A stretch of DNA of 64,000 nt from Deltaproteobacteria bacterium (GCA_034670305.1 JAXMNT010000012.1:64001-128000); one strand, 5' to 3'. Positions 18,336-31,714 are shown, numbered from the stretch's first letter. The notes: a model not told the origin generated them from the sequence alone. Made by a program: numbers and translations.

Positions 18336-19933
18336 CGGGCGGTCTCCGAGCGGGCGGGGGTCGAACCTGCGGAAGCGGAACGAGGGGCGGTGGAACTCGC
18401 GGATGCGGCAGACGCAACGGGCTGCAGGCCGAAACGATCGACCAAGATCCCCGCGTCGTGTTCGAGCCGGTGCATCGCGGTCGCGGTGTCGACCTCGGCG
18501 CGCAGTCGGCCGAGCTCGGATTCCCGGGCGGTCTGTTGGGCTTCGAGGAGCGCGATCGTGGTGGTGGTGCCGAGCTCGAGCCGGCCCCGTTCGGCTTCTG
18601 CGAGTTGCTCCGCGATCGACGCGCTCTCCGTGGCGAGCGGCACCCGCTCGGTGGCCGCGAGCACTTCTTCGTAGCGTGACTCGAGCGTGGCGCGGAGCAG
18701 CCCGATGCCGGCTTCGTGGTCGAGCTCCGCCGACGCGAGCAAGGTGCTGGCTTGTTCGTGCCGGGCGTCCTGGGCGCTCGATCCGATCGGCAGCTCGAGC
18801 TCGAGCCCGCCGGTCGCGACGAAGCCAGGCCGGCCACCAGGAAGTTGCGCGCCGGGCAAAGCATCGTCGGCCCAGAAGGTCAGCAAGCCCGCCGAAGCCA
18901 CGAAGTCGAGCTGCGCCCTCGACTGGTTGCGCGCGGCGCGCAGGCGCTGCTCGGCGGCTTCGACCGACGCGGCGAGCGCGACCAGATCCGGCGAGTGCGA
19001 CTCGGCGGTTTGCAGAAGCGCCCTGAGCTCACCGAGCGGCCGGGTGGTCGGCGGCGTGTCGGCGACGTCGATCGCGGTCGGCGAGGTCGCGAGCAGACGC
19101 GCCAGTTCGATCCGCCGCGTGGTTCGCAAGAGCTCGGCGCTCCGGCGCGAGTCGCGGAGCGACGCGAGCGAGCTGCGGAACCGCAACGCTTCGGCCGGGG
19201 CGAGCGCGCCGAGTTCCACCCGCTGCTCCGCTTCGGCGAGCTGCCGCTCCGCGAGCGACTGGGCTTCGACCTGTACCGCGAGGGCGCGCTCCGCGTACCA
19301 GAGCTCCCAGTACGCGAGCAGCACATCGCGCACGACCGCGCTCACAGCGACCTCTTGCTGGGCGATGGTCTGCCGCTCGGTCGCCTGCGCTTCGCGCTCG
19401 GTCGCCAGCACCGCGTCGCGTCCACCACCACGCAGGAGCGGCTGGCGAAAGGTCGCGAGGAGCTGCGACTGGTAGTTCGGTCCGATCGAGACGCTGGTCG
19501 AGGTGCCTGGGTCTCGGTTGACGGTTCGCCAAGAAGCCGAGGACGAGAGGTCGATCGACACGACCGAACCGACGTCGCTCGTCCAGGAGAGCCCGAGCCC
19601 GAGCGCGACGTCCTGGCTGTTGTTGCGGACCACGCCATCGGTGGTGCCCGCGAAGCTCTCGCGGTAGGAGCCGTTGAGCGACGCGGTCGCGACGGGACCG
19701 CGGGCTTCTTCGGTCGCGCGGGTGCCTTGGCGGGAAGCCAGCACCGTGAGCAACGCCGAGCGCACGTCGGGGTTCGCGTCGATGGCGCGCGCGAGCACGT
19801 CTTCGACCGAGTGGCCGACCGGCGCTTGCCCATGGTTCGACTCGGACTGCGCGGCGGCGGGGCCGGCCAAGACGGGCGCGAGGAACACGGCGAACGCAAC
19901 GAGGAGGGAAGACCGGACCGTCATACGTTTCAT
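18332..19933 (-). CDS. TolC family outer-membrane efflux protein
   Basis: Signal peptide, AIDANPDV, QPLLRGGG, AYWEL, long helical repeats. First gene of the overlapping operon. Confidence 0.9.
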   Translation of the reverse strand: MKRMTVRSSLLVAFAVFLAPVLAGPAAAQSESNHGQAPVGHSVEDVLARAIDANPDVRSALLTVLASRQGTRATEEARGPVATASLNGSYRESFAGTTDGVVRNNSQDVALGLGLSWTSDVGSVVSIDLSSSASWRTVNRDPGTSTSVSIGPNYQSQLLATFRQPLLRGGGRDAVLATEREAQATERQTIAQQEVAVSAVVRDVLLAYWELWYAERALAVQVEAQSLAERQLAEAEQRVELGALAPAEALRFRSSLASLRDSRRSAELLRTTRRIELARLLATSPTAIDVADTPPTTRPLGELRALLQTAESHSPDLVALAASVEAAEQRLRAARNQSRAQLDFVASAGLLTFWADDALPGAQLPGGRPGFVATGGLELELPIGSSAQDARHEQASTLLASAELDHEAGIGLLRATLESRYEEVLAATERVPLATESASIAEQLAEAERGRLELGTTTTIALLEAQQTARESELGRLRAEVDTATAMHRLEHDAGILVDRFGLQPVASAASASSTAPRSASAGSTPARSETAR

Positions 19934-19979
19934 GTGCGCCTTGCGGCGATGTCGTTCCACGGGTGTTGCGTGTGGGTTC

Positions 19980-19994
19980 GTAAAGGTGTGTAAG
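19980..19994 (+). promoter_or_regulatory. CpxR-type binding box GTAAA-N5-GTAAG
   Basis: GTAAAggtgtGTAAG in the divergent tolC/regulator gap. It overlaps the palindrome AAGGTGTG-taag-CACACCTT (19983-20002). Confidence 0.7.
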
Positions 19995-20036
19995 CACACC
20001 TTCCGCGGATGGGCTCGGGTCGTCATGCTCCCTTTC

Positions 20037-20744
20037 ATGGCGCGGCTTCTGGTCATCGACGACGACGACGAGCTCGGCGAGCTGCTCGGCACCTACCTGG
20101 GCGCCGAGGGCTTCGAGGTCGAGCTCGTGCACGACGGCCACACGGGCCTGGCCCGAGCGCTCGAAGGCGGGTTCGACCTGATCGTGCTCGACGTGATGTT
20201 GCCCGGCCAAAACGGGTTCGACGTGCTGCGCGCGCTCCGCAAGAGTTCGCGCGTACCGGTGCTGATGTTGACCGCGCGCGGCGAGGACGTGGACCGCATC
20301 GTCGGGCTCGAACTCGGTGCGGACGACTACCTGCCGAAGCCCTTCAACCCGCGCGAGCTCGTCGCCCGCATCCGCGCCATCCGCCGGCGTCTCGACGACG
20401 CGCCGGTCGCACCTCAGCCGCTGAGCGTCGGTGCGGTCACCCTCGATCCGGCGACCCACGTCGTCACGGTCCACGACGATCCGGTCGCCCTCACCACCGC
20501 AGAGTTCGCCATCCTCGAGATCCTCCTGCGGCAGGCCGGCCACGTCGTGACCCGGGAGACCCTCTGCGAAGAAGCACTCGAGCGCGCGTTCTCGCCGTTC
20601 GACCGCAGCATCGACGTGCACGTCTCGAACTTGCGCAAGAAGCTGAGCGGGGCGCTCGCCGCGGGTGCCTCCGAAGACGCGCCGGCCGAAGATCCGATCC
20701 GCACCGTGCGCGGAACCGGCTACCTCTACGCGGTGAGCCGATGA
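20037..20744 (+). CDS. cpxR: OmpR-family response regulator, CpxR-like
   Basis: LVIDDD, LDVMLP, MLTARGEDVDRIVGLELGADDYLPKPFNPREL, PFDRSIDVHVSNLRKKL, IRTVRGTGY. Confidence 0.85.
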   Translation: MARLLVIDDDDELGELLGTYLGAEGFEVELVHDGHTGLARALEGGFDLIVLDVMLPGQNGFDVLRALRKSSRVPVLMLTARGEDVDRIVGLELGADDYLPKPFNPRELVARIRAIRRRLDDAPVAPQPLSVGAVTLDPATHVVTVHDDPVALTTAEFAILEILLRQAGHVVTRETLCEEALERAFSPFDRSIDVHVSNLRKKLSGALAAGASEDAPAEDPIRTVRGTGYLYAVSR

Positions 20745-22186
20745 GGAGCACGCGCCGTGCGTTTGGTTCTCGCGGGCTCTTCGTTCGACTCTTTGCCGGC
20801 TTCTGGGTGGCCATGCTGGTCATCGGCGCCGGCACCTTCGCGATCTTCGAACTCAGCGGACCACCGCCGCGCTGGGCCAAGCGGCGCGCCCTCTTCGACG
20901 ACGCGCTCCGGCTCCAGGGTGAAATCGCGCTGCAAGCGTACGAGTCCGAAGGGCCCGAGGCCGCCGCCGAGACGTTGCGTGATCTGGATCGGCGCACCGG
21001 CATCGCGCTGGCGGTGATTCAACCGGACGAATCCGGCGAAGAGCGGGTCCTCGCCGGCGAGGTCGACGGAGATCCACTCGAGCTCGCCCGCCGCCTTCGG
21101 CTGGAGGGTCAGACGCCGAACGATCGGTCGAGCCTCGAGATCGACGAGGGCGGCCGCGCGATGCTGCTCATCGATCTGCCTGGCGGCGCCTACGCGGTCT
21201 CGACCCGACACCGCAGCAGCGCGCTCGATCGGTTCGTCGGACCGAACCTGCCCGCGCGACTCGCGGTGATGGCGCTCGTCGCGGGGTTGCTCGCGTTCTT
21301 TCTCGCGCGCTGGCTCGCCCGGCCGCTCGGCCGATTGCGGCGCGCGACCCGCGAGATCGCGGAGGGCCGGCTCGACGTGCGGGTCGCCTCGCGGGTGCGG
21401 GGTGGACCGCAGGAGATCGAGGCGCTCGCGGCGGACTTCGATCGGATGGCGGCCCGCATCGAGTCGCTGGTGGCATCGCAGCAGCGCATGATCCGGGACG
21501 TCTCCCACGAGCTGCGTTCACCGCTCGCGCGGCTGCACGTCGCGCTCGAGCTCGCGCGTCAGAACACCTCCAACGACGACGCCACGACGCACCTGGACCG
21601 GATCGAACTCGAAGCCGAGCGCCTCGGTGAACTCATCGGGCAGATCTTGACGCTCTCGAAACTCGAAGGCGGCCTGCCGAGCGAGGGCCCGGTCGATCTC
21701 GAGGCGCTCGTCGAAGAGGTCGTCGGCGACGCGAGCTACGAAGCCGACGCGAAGGGTCGTTCGGTCGACTGGCAGCGCGGGGAAGTCCGCCCCCTGCGCG
21801 GGAGCGCCGACGTCTTGCGCTGGGCGATCGAGAACGTCTTGCGCAACGCGCTCCGGTTCACCCCGGAGGACTCCAGCGTAGAAGTACGCACGGAGTCCCT
21901 GGAAGGCGACCGCGTGGCGATCACGATCCGAGACCACGGACCCGGCGTGCCCGAGCACCAACTCGAGGCGATCTTCCGGCCGTTCTTTCGCATCGGCACC
22001 GACCGCGATCGGCGCACTGGTGGCCGCGGCGTCGGTCTCGCGATCGCAGAACGTGCGGTGCTCGCCCACCGCGGTTCGATCCGCGCGGAGAACGAAACCA
22101 CCGGCGGCCTGCGGGTGACCATCGAGTTGCCGGCTGCGGGTGAAGCCGAGAGCGAACCCCCGAGCGATTCAAGGGAGCTCACGTGA
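20741..22186 (+). CDS. cpxA: Sensor histidine kinase, CpxA-like
   Basis: Two TMs, HAMP domain, H-box DVSHELRSPLARL, N-box ENVLRNA, G boxes DHGPGV and GVGLAIA. Confidence 0.85.
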   Translation: MRSTRRAFGSRGLFVRLFAGFWVAMLVIGAGTFAIFELSGPPPRWAKRRALFDDALRLQGEIALQAYESEGPEAAAETLRDLDRRTGIALAVIQPDESGEERVLAGEVDGDPLELARRLRLEGQTPNDRSSLEIDEGGRAMLLIDLPGGAYAVSTRHRSSALDRFVGPNLPARLAVMALVAGLLAFFLARWLARPLGRLRRATREIAEGRLDVRVASRVRGGPQEIEALAADFDRMAARIESLVASQQRMIRDVSHELRSPLARLHVALELARQNTSNDDATTHLDRIELEAERLGELIGQILTLSKLEGGLPSEGPVDLEALVEEVVGDASYEADAKGRSVDWQRGEVRPLRGSADVLRWAIENVLRNALRFTPEDSSVEVRTESLEGDRVAITIRDHGPGVPEHQLEAIFRPFFRIGTDRDRRTGGRGVGLAIAERAVLAHRGSIRAENETTGGLRVTIELPAAGEAESEPPSDSRELT

Positions 22187-23546
22187 GCCCGAACGAGACG
22201 GCCCCCGACCAAGACATCTCCGACGACACCGATTCCGCCCCTGGCCCGGCGGCGTCGGTGGCGCCCGCCGCGAAGCGCAGCCGGCGCGCGTGGCTCTTGT
22301 GGTTGTTGCCACTCGCGATCGGTGCGCTCGCCGCCGGTCGCTGGTGGCTCGCGGACGATGGTTCGGAAGCGCGCCGCGGCGGCAGCGACGCGCCGGTGCC
22401 AGTCGAGGTAGCAGCGGTCCGCACCGGCACGCTCGAGACGGAGCGCGCGCTCTCGGGTGCGCTCGAGCCGGCCGCACAGATCGTGCTCACAGCGGAGCTG
22501 GACGGCACGGTTGAAGAGGTCGCGGTGGATCTCTCGGACAGCGTCGCGCCCGGCGGTTTGCTCGCGCGGCTCGATGCCCGCGAACAGCGCCAGCTCGCGG
22601 CGGCCGCGCGGGCCGAACTCGAGGTAGCCCAAGCGCGGGCCAACGCGATGCGAAGCGCGCGGGATCTGGCGGCCCGCACCCTCGAGCGCTCGAACGCACT
22701 TGAAGATCGCGGGCTGCTCTCGGGCCGTGCGCTCGACGAGACCCGCTCGGCCTCCGAACGCGCCGAAGCCGACCTCGCCATCGCCGAAGCCGAAGTCGCG
22801 CGGGCGCGCGCGAACGCCCAGTCGGCGCGGTTGCGGCTACAGCGCACCGAAGTTCGAGGCCGGTGGTCGGAAGAGGACGGGCCACGGCAGGTGTCGATGC
22901 GCCACGTGGACGAAGGCGCCCGAGTGCGGGTGGGCGATCCCCTCTTCACGCTGGTCGACACCGACCCGCTGCTGGTGGTGGTCCAGGTCGGCCCCACCGA
23001 CTACGCACGGCTCGCGGTTGGGCAGGTCGTCGCGTTGGTGGCGGGTGAGAGCAGCGGACCGGGCAACCGCGAAGGTGGCGCCGCCGTCGGCCAGGTCGAA
23101 GGACAGGTCGCCCGCATCGCGCCGGACTTCGATCCCACCACCCGGCAAGCGCGGGTCGAGATCGAGATCGCCAACCCGGAGGGCCGCCTGCAGCCCGGCA
23201 TGTTCGTGCGCGCCCGCGCGACGGTGGACCGCGCGCGCTCCGGCACGTTGGTCCCCGAGACCGCGCTCGCCCCGCGCAGCGGAACCCACGTCGTCTTCCT
23301 CGTGCGGGACGGCGTCGCCCACGAAGTCCCGGTCGATGTCCTGCTCCGCGCCGACGGGACCGCGCTGGTCGAAGGTGCCGACCTGCAAGGCGACGTCGTG
23401 GTGCTCGGTCACGAGCGGCTTCGCGACGGGGCATCGGTCGATGTGGTCGCCGCGCGGAGTGAAGACGCGGCCGAGGCGGGCTCCGAGCGTCCTGGTTCAG
23501 CAGGTTCGACGAAGATGGGCCCTGCTTCGCCGATGGCCCGCACCCG

Positions 23547-23550
<4 letters not shown>
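22183..23550 (+). CDS. RND efflux periplasmic adaptor subunit
   Basis: TM anchor, lipoyl-like halves, hairpin, GQVARIAPDFDPTTR, LQPGMFVRA. Confidence 0.92.
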
Positions 23551-26594
<3,044 letters not shown>

Positions 26595-26667
26595 GCTCCC
26601 TGCCCTTGCCCTGTCTCTCCAAAACACCACGCAGGGAAGATGGCGTCGGCGGGGTACACTTGCCGGC

Positions 26668-27633
26668 ATGCGTAACCGAACGGTGGCCTTCTCCTTTCCT
26701 CTTCTCTGTGCCCTCGCGTGCTTTGGGCTCGGGTGCGGCGACGACGATGGCGGCGTCGATGCGGCCGGCCAAGATGCGGGCGCCGAAGACGCGCGTTCTG
26801 GCTCCGATGTGCCTGCCGTTGACGGTGGCCCAGAGGAGGACGCAGGTGAAGTCGAGGACGCGGGCGAAGTCGAGGACGCGGGCGAAGGCGAAGACGCCGG
26901 CCCCGCGACCACCGACTTCGTCGAGATCGACGGCATCGTGTCGTTCGAAGCCGAGCACTACTCGGAGCAGACCAACACCGACACCGGCACCGAGTGGTAC
27001 ACGTTCGACGCCGACGGACCGGCGCCGGACGTGACCTGCGTGACGAACGTGTCTTGCGCAGACGCCGCGGACCGGCCGGACTGCAACCAGTACCCGAACT
27101 GTGATCCGGACGACCTCGATCCCACCGAAGCGATCGGCAACGCGTACGTGGAGTCGCTGCCCGACCGGCGGCGCGACGACTCGGAGCCGGGCACCGGCGG
27201 CACCATCGGGGTCGTGAACACCCCGGGCGCGGGACCGACCTTGAAGTACGAGGTCACCTTCACCCGCACCGGCCGCTACTACGTCTGGGCGCACGCGCGC
27301 GGGCAGGGCCCGGCGGCCAACGGCCTGCACTGCGGCTTCGACGGCACCTGGCCGAGCAACGATCTGATCGACCCGAGCACCATGCGCATGCAGTTCCCGA
27401 ACGGCTGGCGCTGGAACCAGAACCGCCGCGGCGGCACCAACCACACCGGCGTGCCGGCAGGCGACGGCGTCTCGTTGCGGGACGCGAACATCTGGCTCGA
27501 GATCACCGAGCCGGGTGTGCACACGATCGAGTTCTCGATGCGCGAAGACGGACTCGAGCTCGACAAGTTCGTGCTCGCGTTGGACGAGGACTTCGTGCCC
27601 GAAGGCGACGGCCCGCCGGAGACCCGGCCCTAG
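26668..27633 (+). CDS. Lipoprotein with a putative carbohydrate-binding jelly-roll domain
   Basis: Lipobox GLGC, EDAGEV repeats, [36 protein letters not shown]. Confidence 0.7.
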   Translation: MRNRTVAFSFPLLCALACFGLGCGDDDGGVDAAGQDAGAEDARSGSDVPAVDGGPEEDAGEVEDAGEVEDAGEGEDAGPATTDFVEIDGIVSFEAEHYSEQTNTDTGTEWYTFDADGPAPDVTCVTNVSCADAADRPDCNQYPNCDPDDLDPTEAIGNAYVESLPDRRRDDSEPGTGGTIGVVNTPGAGPTLKYEVTFTRTGRYYVWAHARGQGPAANGLHCGFDGTWPSNDLIDPSTMRMQFPNGWRWNQNRRGGTNHTGVPAGDGVSLRDANIWLEITEPGVHTIEFSMREDGLELDKFVLALDEDFVPEGDGPPETRP

Positions 27634-27727
27634 TACCGGGGGGCGGCTCCGCGCCCGTCCCCGAAGGGTTGGTTTTCCACCCACCGAACCCACCGCCGGA
27701 AAAGCAGAAAGCTTCCACAGCCCGCGG

Positions 27728-27736
27728 TGGTATGAG
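27728..27736 (+). promoter_or_regulatory. Putative extended -10 element of a leaderless transcript for the RpoC-like gene
   Basis: TGgTATGAG 5 nt before ATG 27742, with no SD. Many genes in the window show the same arrangement. Confidence 0.45.
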
Positions 27737-27741
27737 AACCC

Positions 27742-28602
27742 ATGCGGTTGGCGGGTGACAAGCAGGTGCGCGCGTGGAGCTCAGGGCAGGTCAAAAAGCC
27801 CGAGACGTTGAACTACCGGACCTTCAAACCGGAGAAGGACGGACTCTTCTGCGTGGAGATCTTCGGTTCGTTTCCGCCCCTGGAGCGCGGCGGGCCCGAC
27901 ACGCAGATCGGACACATCGAACTCTGCCAGCCAGTGGTGCATCCGTGGTTCCGAACGAAGCTCGCACAGCTGCTCGGCGTGTCGGTGATCGAGGTGAACG
28001 CGCTGTGCCTGAGCGAGCGGGCGATGGTGATGGACCCGGGGCCGTCGTCGCTGCGCAGGGGACAGATCGTGACGATCGCGGAGCGGGAGAACCTGCTCGG
28101 CGAATGGGGTGGCGATGTGACGCTGGCCACTGGTACCGCCGAACTGCGCGCGGTGCTTGGGTCCGCCGCGGACGAGGTGTGTTTGAACGCGGTGCCCGTG
28201 TGCCCGCCGTCGATCCGGCCCATGCAGTACCTCGAAGGCAAGCTGATCAAGACCCACGGCTTGTGCGATCTGTACCGACGCATGGTGAACCGCGCGAACC
28301 GGCTGCGGCGGCTCGTGGAACTGAACGCGCCCGAGATCATTCTCGTCAACGAAGCGCGCATGCAGCAGGAAGCGTTCGATGCGTTGATCGAGAACGGTGA
28401 GGGACCGAAGGTCATCACGGGCACCGACAAGGAACGACTCCCTTCGTTGCTCGATGCGTTCCGGGAGGTCCATGGCCCGAACGCCGACCCACTCGCCGGC
28501 GACTACCCGGACACGCCGCTCATCCGCTCGCTCGCGTTGACGCGAGGCAGCGCGGCCGCAAGTTCAGCCCCGGCCAACCCCGACGACTTCGACTTCGACT
28601 GA
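27742..28602 (+). CDS. Stand-alone RNA polymerase beta-prime (RpoC) N-terminal clamp-like protein, non-catalytic
   Basis: WSSGQVKKPETLNYRTFKPEKDGLFC..IFG, GHIEL, PVCPPSIRP and DLYRRMVNRANRLRRL..APEII..NEARMQQEAFDAL are collinear with RpoC residues ~30-330. No Zn-ribbon cysteines, no NADFDGD. Confidence 0.9.
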   Translation: MRLAGDKQVRAWSSGQVKKPETLNYRTFKPEKDGLFCVEIFGSFPPLERGGPDTQIGHIELCQPVVHPWFRTKLAQLLGVSVIEVNALCLSERAMVMDPGPSSLRRGQIVTIAERENLLGEWGGDVTLATGTAELRAVLGSAADEVCLNAVPVCPPSIRPMQYLEGKLIKTHGLCDLYRRMVNRANRLRRLVELNAPEIILVNEARMQQEAFDALIENGEGPKVITGTDKERLPSLLDAFREVHGPNADPLAGDYPDTPLIRSLALTRGSAAASSAPANPDDFDFD

Positions 28603-28683
28603 TCAGGGGCGCTCGGAGGTCGGCTCGAAGCGCCAGCGCCGGAGCACGAGCCGCTCGGTCTGCCATCGGGGGGCGAGGTTCAC
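28603..28683 (-). pseudogene. Possible GNAT (RimJ/RimL-like) N-terminal remnant
   Basis: The 26-aa frame VNLAPRWQTERLVLRRWRF resembles the xTERLxLRxW start of RimJ-type acetyltransferases. TGGTATCTG lies 6 nt upstream. Confidence 0.35.
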
Positions 28684-28771
28684 CGGATCCAGATACCACG
28701 ACGCGCTCCAGACCAGAGCCACGGCGCTTGGGCGCAGAGCGGGCGCACAGGGCAGGTGGTATAGAAGCGGG

Positions 28772-30520
28772 ATGGACCGACGCGATCTTCGCTGGCTCTG
28801 CGCCTTGGTGCTCTCGATGGTCTCGCTGGGATGCGGTGGCCCAGGATCGACGACCGACGCTGGCCGAGAAGACGCGGGCGGCGTCGATGCGCCAGGCGCC
28901 GACGCACCCACCCAAGACGCACCCGGCGTGGATGCGCCCACGGCCAGCGGCCGGTTCGTCTTGGTCGACACCGCGATGGACGAACCGCAGTGGCGCGAGA
29001 CCTACCCGACGCCGTGTTACCTCGGCGACGCGCTGCAATGCGAAGCGCACGAGACCGGCGGCGGCATGGCGATCCGCGACGTGGACGGCGACGGAGACCT
29101 CGACGTGTTCTTGACCCACTTCGAAGCGGCGGACGTGCTCTACCTGAACGACGGCGGCTTCGTCTTTCGCGCCACCACCATCGCCGCCCACGCCGAGGCG
29201 CTCTACACCAATGGCGCGGCGTTCGCGGACATCGACGAAGACGGCGACGCGGACCTGCTGGTGGGCACCGTGGGCGAAGACCGGTTTCGGCTCCTCATCG
29301 GAGACGGAGCGGGCAACTTCACCGAAGAGGCGGTCGCGCGTGGCGTCGCGCAGACCGCCGCCGACGAAGACGACTTTCACTCGACGATGAGCCACTGCTT
29401 CGCGGACTACGACCTCGATGGCTTTCTGGATCTCGCCACGAGCGAATGGCGCATCGAACGCGCGACTGGCACCTCGCGCAACGCGCTCCTTCGCAACCGA
29501 GGCACCGACATGCCCGGCTTCTTCACCAACGAAACCGAAGCGCTCGGCATCGACATGATCGACGTGCCCGGCGCGACCGCCGGCGCGTGGGGGTTCACGC
29601 CGATCCTCGCAGACATGGACGGCGACGACCGACCGGATCTCTTCTTCGCGTCGGACTTCGAATCGTCCCGGGTGTTCTGGAACGACGGCGCGACGTTCTC
29701 GGACGGCACCGACGTGGCCATGGTCGGCACCGAAGAGAACGGCATGGGCGGCGCGATCGGCGACTACGACGGCGACGGAGACTTCGACTACTTCGTCACC
29801 TCGATCGACAACCCCGACTGCGCCGGTTGCGAGGTCTGGGGCAAGACCGGCAACCGCCTCTACCGCAACGATGGCGGGCGCCGCTTCACCGACGTCACCG
29901 ACGCCGCCGGCGTGCGCGGTGCGGGCTGGGCGTGGGGCACCCGCTTCTTCGACTACGATCTGGACGGCGACCTCGATCTCATCGCGACCAACGGCATGCG
30001 CAAGCCGCCCGCCACCACCAACTTCGCCACCGACCCGACCCGCCTGTGGCGCAACGAAGGCGACGGCACGTTCACCGAAGTCGCCGGCGCAATGGGTCTC
30101 GACCACGTCGGCGTCGGCCGCGGGGTCGCCACCTTCGACGCGGACGGCGACGGAGATCTGGACGTGCTGATCACCCACAACCTCGACGCGCCGGTGCTCT
30201 ACCGCAACGACGTCGGGGTGCCCGAAGACGGCGTCGGCCGCGCGTGGCTCGAAGTGCAGCCCCAGGGCAGCACCAGCAACCGCGACGGCATGGGCGCGAT
30301 CGTGCGCGTGGTCGCCACCGACGGCGCCGCCCCGATGGTGCGGCTGAGCGGCAACGGCTGCGGCTTTCTCGCCCACACCCCCGGCACCCCCCACTTCGGA
30401 CTCGGCGACCTCGAGTCCGTGGCGCGCATCGAAGTCTTCTTCCCCGCGAGCGGACGCATGGTGGTCATGACCGACGTCGCCACCCGTCAGCGTCTGGTCG
30501 TCGTCGAACCCGACGCCTGA
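28772..30520 (+). CDS. CRTAC1/ASPIC-UnbV family FG-GAP repeat lipoprotein
   Basis: Lipobox SLGC, repeated DxDGDGDLD motifs, C-terminal SNRDGMGAIVRV..HFGLG. Confidence 0.9.
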   Translation: MDRRDLRWLCALVLSMVSLGCGGPGSTTDAGREDAGGVDAPGADAPTQDAPGVDAPTASGRFVLVDTAMDEPQWRETYPTPCYLGDALQCEAHETGGGMAIRDVDGDGDLDVFLTHFEAADVLYLNDGGFVFRATTIAAHAEALYTNGAAFADIDEDGDADLLVGTVGEDRFRLLIGDGAGNFTEEAVARGVAQTAADEDDFHSTMSHCFADYDLDGFLDLATSEWRIERATGTSRNALLRNRGTDMPGFFTNETEALGIDMIDVPGATAGAWGFTPILADMDGDDRPDLFFASDFESSRVFWNDGATFSDGTDVAMVGTEENGMGGAIGDYDGDGDFDYFVTSIDNPDCAGCEVWGKTGNRLYRNDGGRRFTDVTDAAGVRGAGWAWGTRFFDYDLDGDLDLIATNGMRKPPATTNFATDPTRLWRNEGDGTFTEVAGAMGLDHVGVGRGVATFDADGDGDLDVLITHNLDAPVLYRNDVGVPEDGVGRAWLEVQPQGSTSNRDGMGAIVRVVATDGAAPMVRLSGNGCGFLAHTPGTPHFGLGDLESVARIEVFFPASGRMVVMTDVATRQRLVVVEPDA

Positions 30521-30643
30521 CATCCAGGTCCCGAAGCCGCCCCCGAAGCCGAAGGGAAGCCGGTGAAACGGCCAGCGCTCAGGAACCGGCGCTTCGGGAA
30601 CGACCCTGTTCAGCATCGCCGGATCTCTGGGTAGAGTCGCGCC

Positions 30644-31681
30644 ATGTCAAAGCCTCTCCTTCTGACCTGGACGCTGGACGAGTGGCCGCTCGCGCGTCGC
30701 TGGGCGGACTACGTCGGCTTCCCCGAGTCCGCCCGAACCGCGCTCTTCTACGCGTGGTGGGGACCGAAGTCGTCGAAGCTCTCGATCTTCGAACGCATCG
30801 ACGAACCGGACCTCGACGAAGCGGTGACCGACGCCGGGCTGTGGGTTGCGCAGCTCGGCTGGGCAGCCCTCGCCCACCACGGCGACGTGCATCAACGTTG
30901 GCAGGCGCCTCACACCGTGGTGGGTCAGCCGATCAGGTTTCTCGCCGGACCGCACTTCGGGGATCACGACGCGCGCGGCGAGTTCGGGTTTCACGCCACC
31001 GCGACGTTCGACGGCGCGCGCTCGGTCGTGGAGTCCGATGGCTTCGAGGTGTGGAAGGTCGCCGAACTGCTGAAACCAACGAAGCCGCGCGAACTCGAAG
31101 CACGCATCGACTGGATGGAGGAGGAGACGGCGGAGCCCATTCGCGCGCTCTTTCGTGGCGACACCGACGAACTCGACTTCGCCTACCTCGACGGTCTGCT
31201 CGCGCTGCCCTCCGCTTGGTCCGACCTCGACCGGCGGGTCCTCACCGCCGCAGAGTCGCGGGGAACGACGGGCCGCGATGTGATGGCGACGCTGACCGGC
31301 TCGAGCACCCTCGTCGACGAAGCGGGGATCGCGGAGCGCCAACTCGCCGAGTGGGGCTTCTCCAGTGCGCTCTCGGTCTCGGGCGAAGGCGCGTGTCACC
31401 CAGAACATGGCAGGGCGTCCGCGTACGCGGCGCTCTCAGCAACCGCGGACATGGACAGATTCATCACCGGACTCGAGGCCCACGAGGAACCCGACATCGC
31501 ATTCGTGGACGCGGTGCACCTGCTCGCCTACTTCGCACCGAAGAGCTCCCTGTGCGGCCTGTTCCTCGAACGCATCGACACCGTCATCGCCCGTTCACCC
31601 GACCCCGACGCCACGGCGGAGATGATCGCCGACGACCCGGAACTGTCCGACCTGCTGGACGCGCTGCGCTCGAGCGACTGA
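30644..31681 (+). CDS. Hypothetical protein
   Basis: 345-aa ORF with protein-like composition. TAGAGT lies 6 nt before the ATG. Confidence 0.7.
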   Translation: MSKPLLLTWTLDEWPLARRWADYVGFPESARTALFYAWWGPKSSKLSIFERIDEPDLDEAVTDAGLWVAQLGWAALAHHGDVHQRWQAPHTVVGQPIRFLAGPHFGDHDARGEFGFHATATFDGARSVVESDGFEVWKVAELLKPTKPRELEARIDWMEEETAEPIRALFRGDTDELDFAYLDGLLALPSAWSDLDRRVLTAAESRGTTGRDVMATLTGSSTLVDEAGIAERQLAEWGFSSALSVSGEGACHPEHGRASAYAALSATADMDRFITGLEAHEEPDIAFVDAVHLLAYFAPKSSLCGLFLERIDTVIARSPDPDATAEMIADDPELSDLLDALRSSD

Positions 31682-31707
31682 ACGGCTGAGCGACTGAACG
31701 GCTGAGC
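31672..31707. repeat. 16-bp direct duplication spanning a stop codon
   Basis: GAGCGACTGAACGGCT x2 plus GAGC between convergent genes. Confidence 0.8.
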
Positions 31708-31714
31708 TCGAGCG

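Noticed and set aside
27742-28602. Calling this the housekeeping rpoC or a cyanobacterial-type rpoC1
   Set aside because: It is only 286 aa, lacks the Zn ribbon, switch 2 and NADFDGD, has no rpoB or rpoC2 neighbour, and no continuation is seen in other frames.
31672-31707. Target-site duplication or att site
   Set aside because: The copies are directly adjacent with no element between them; simple slippage is more likely.
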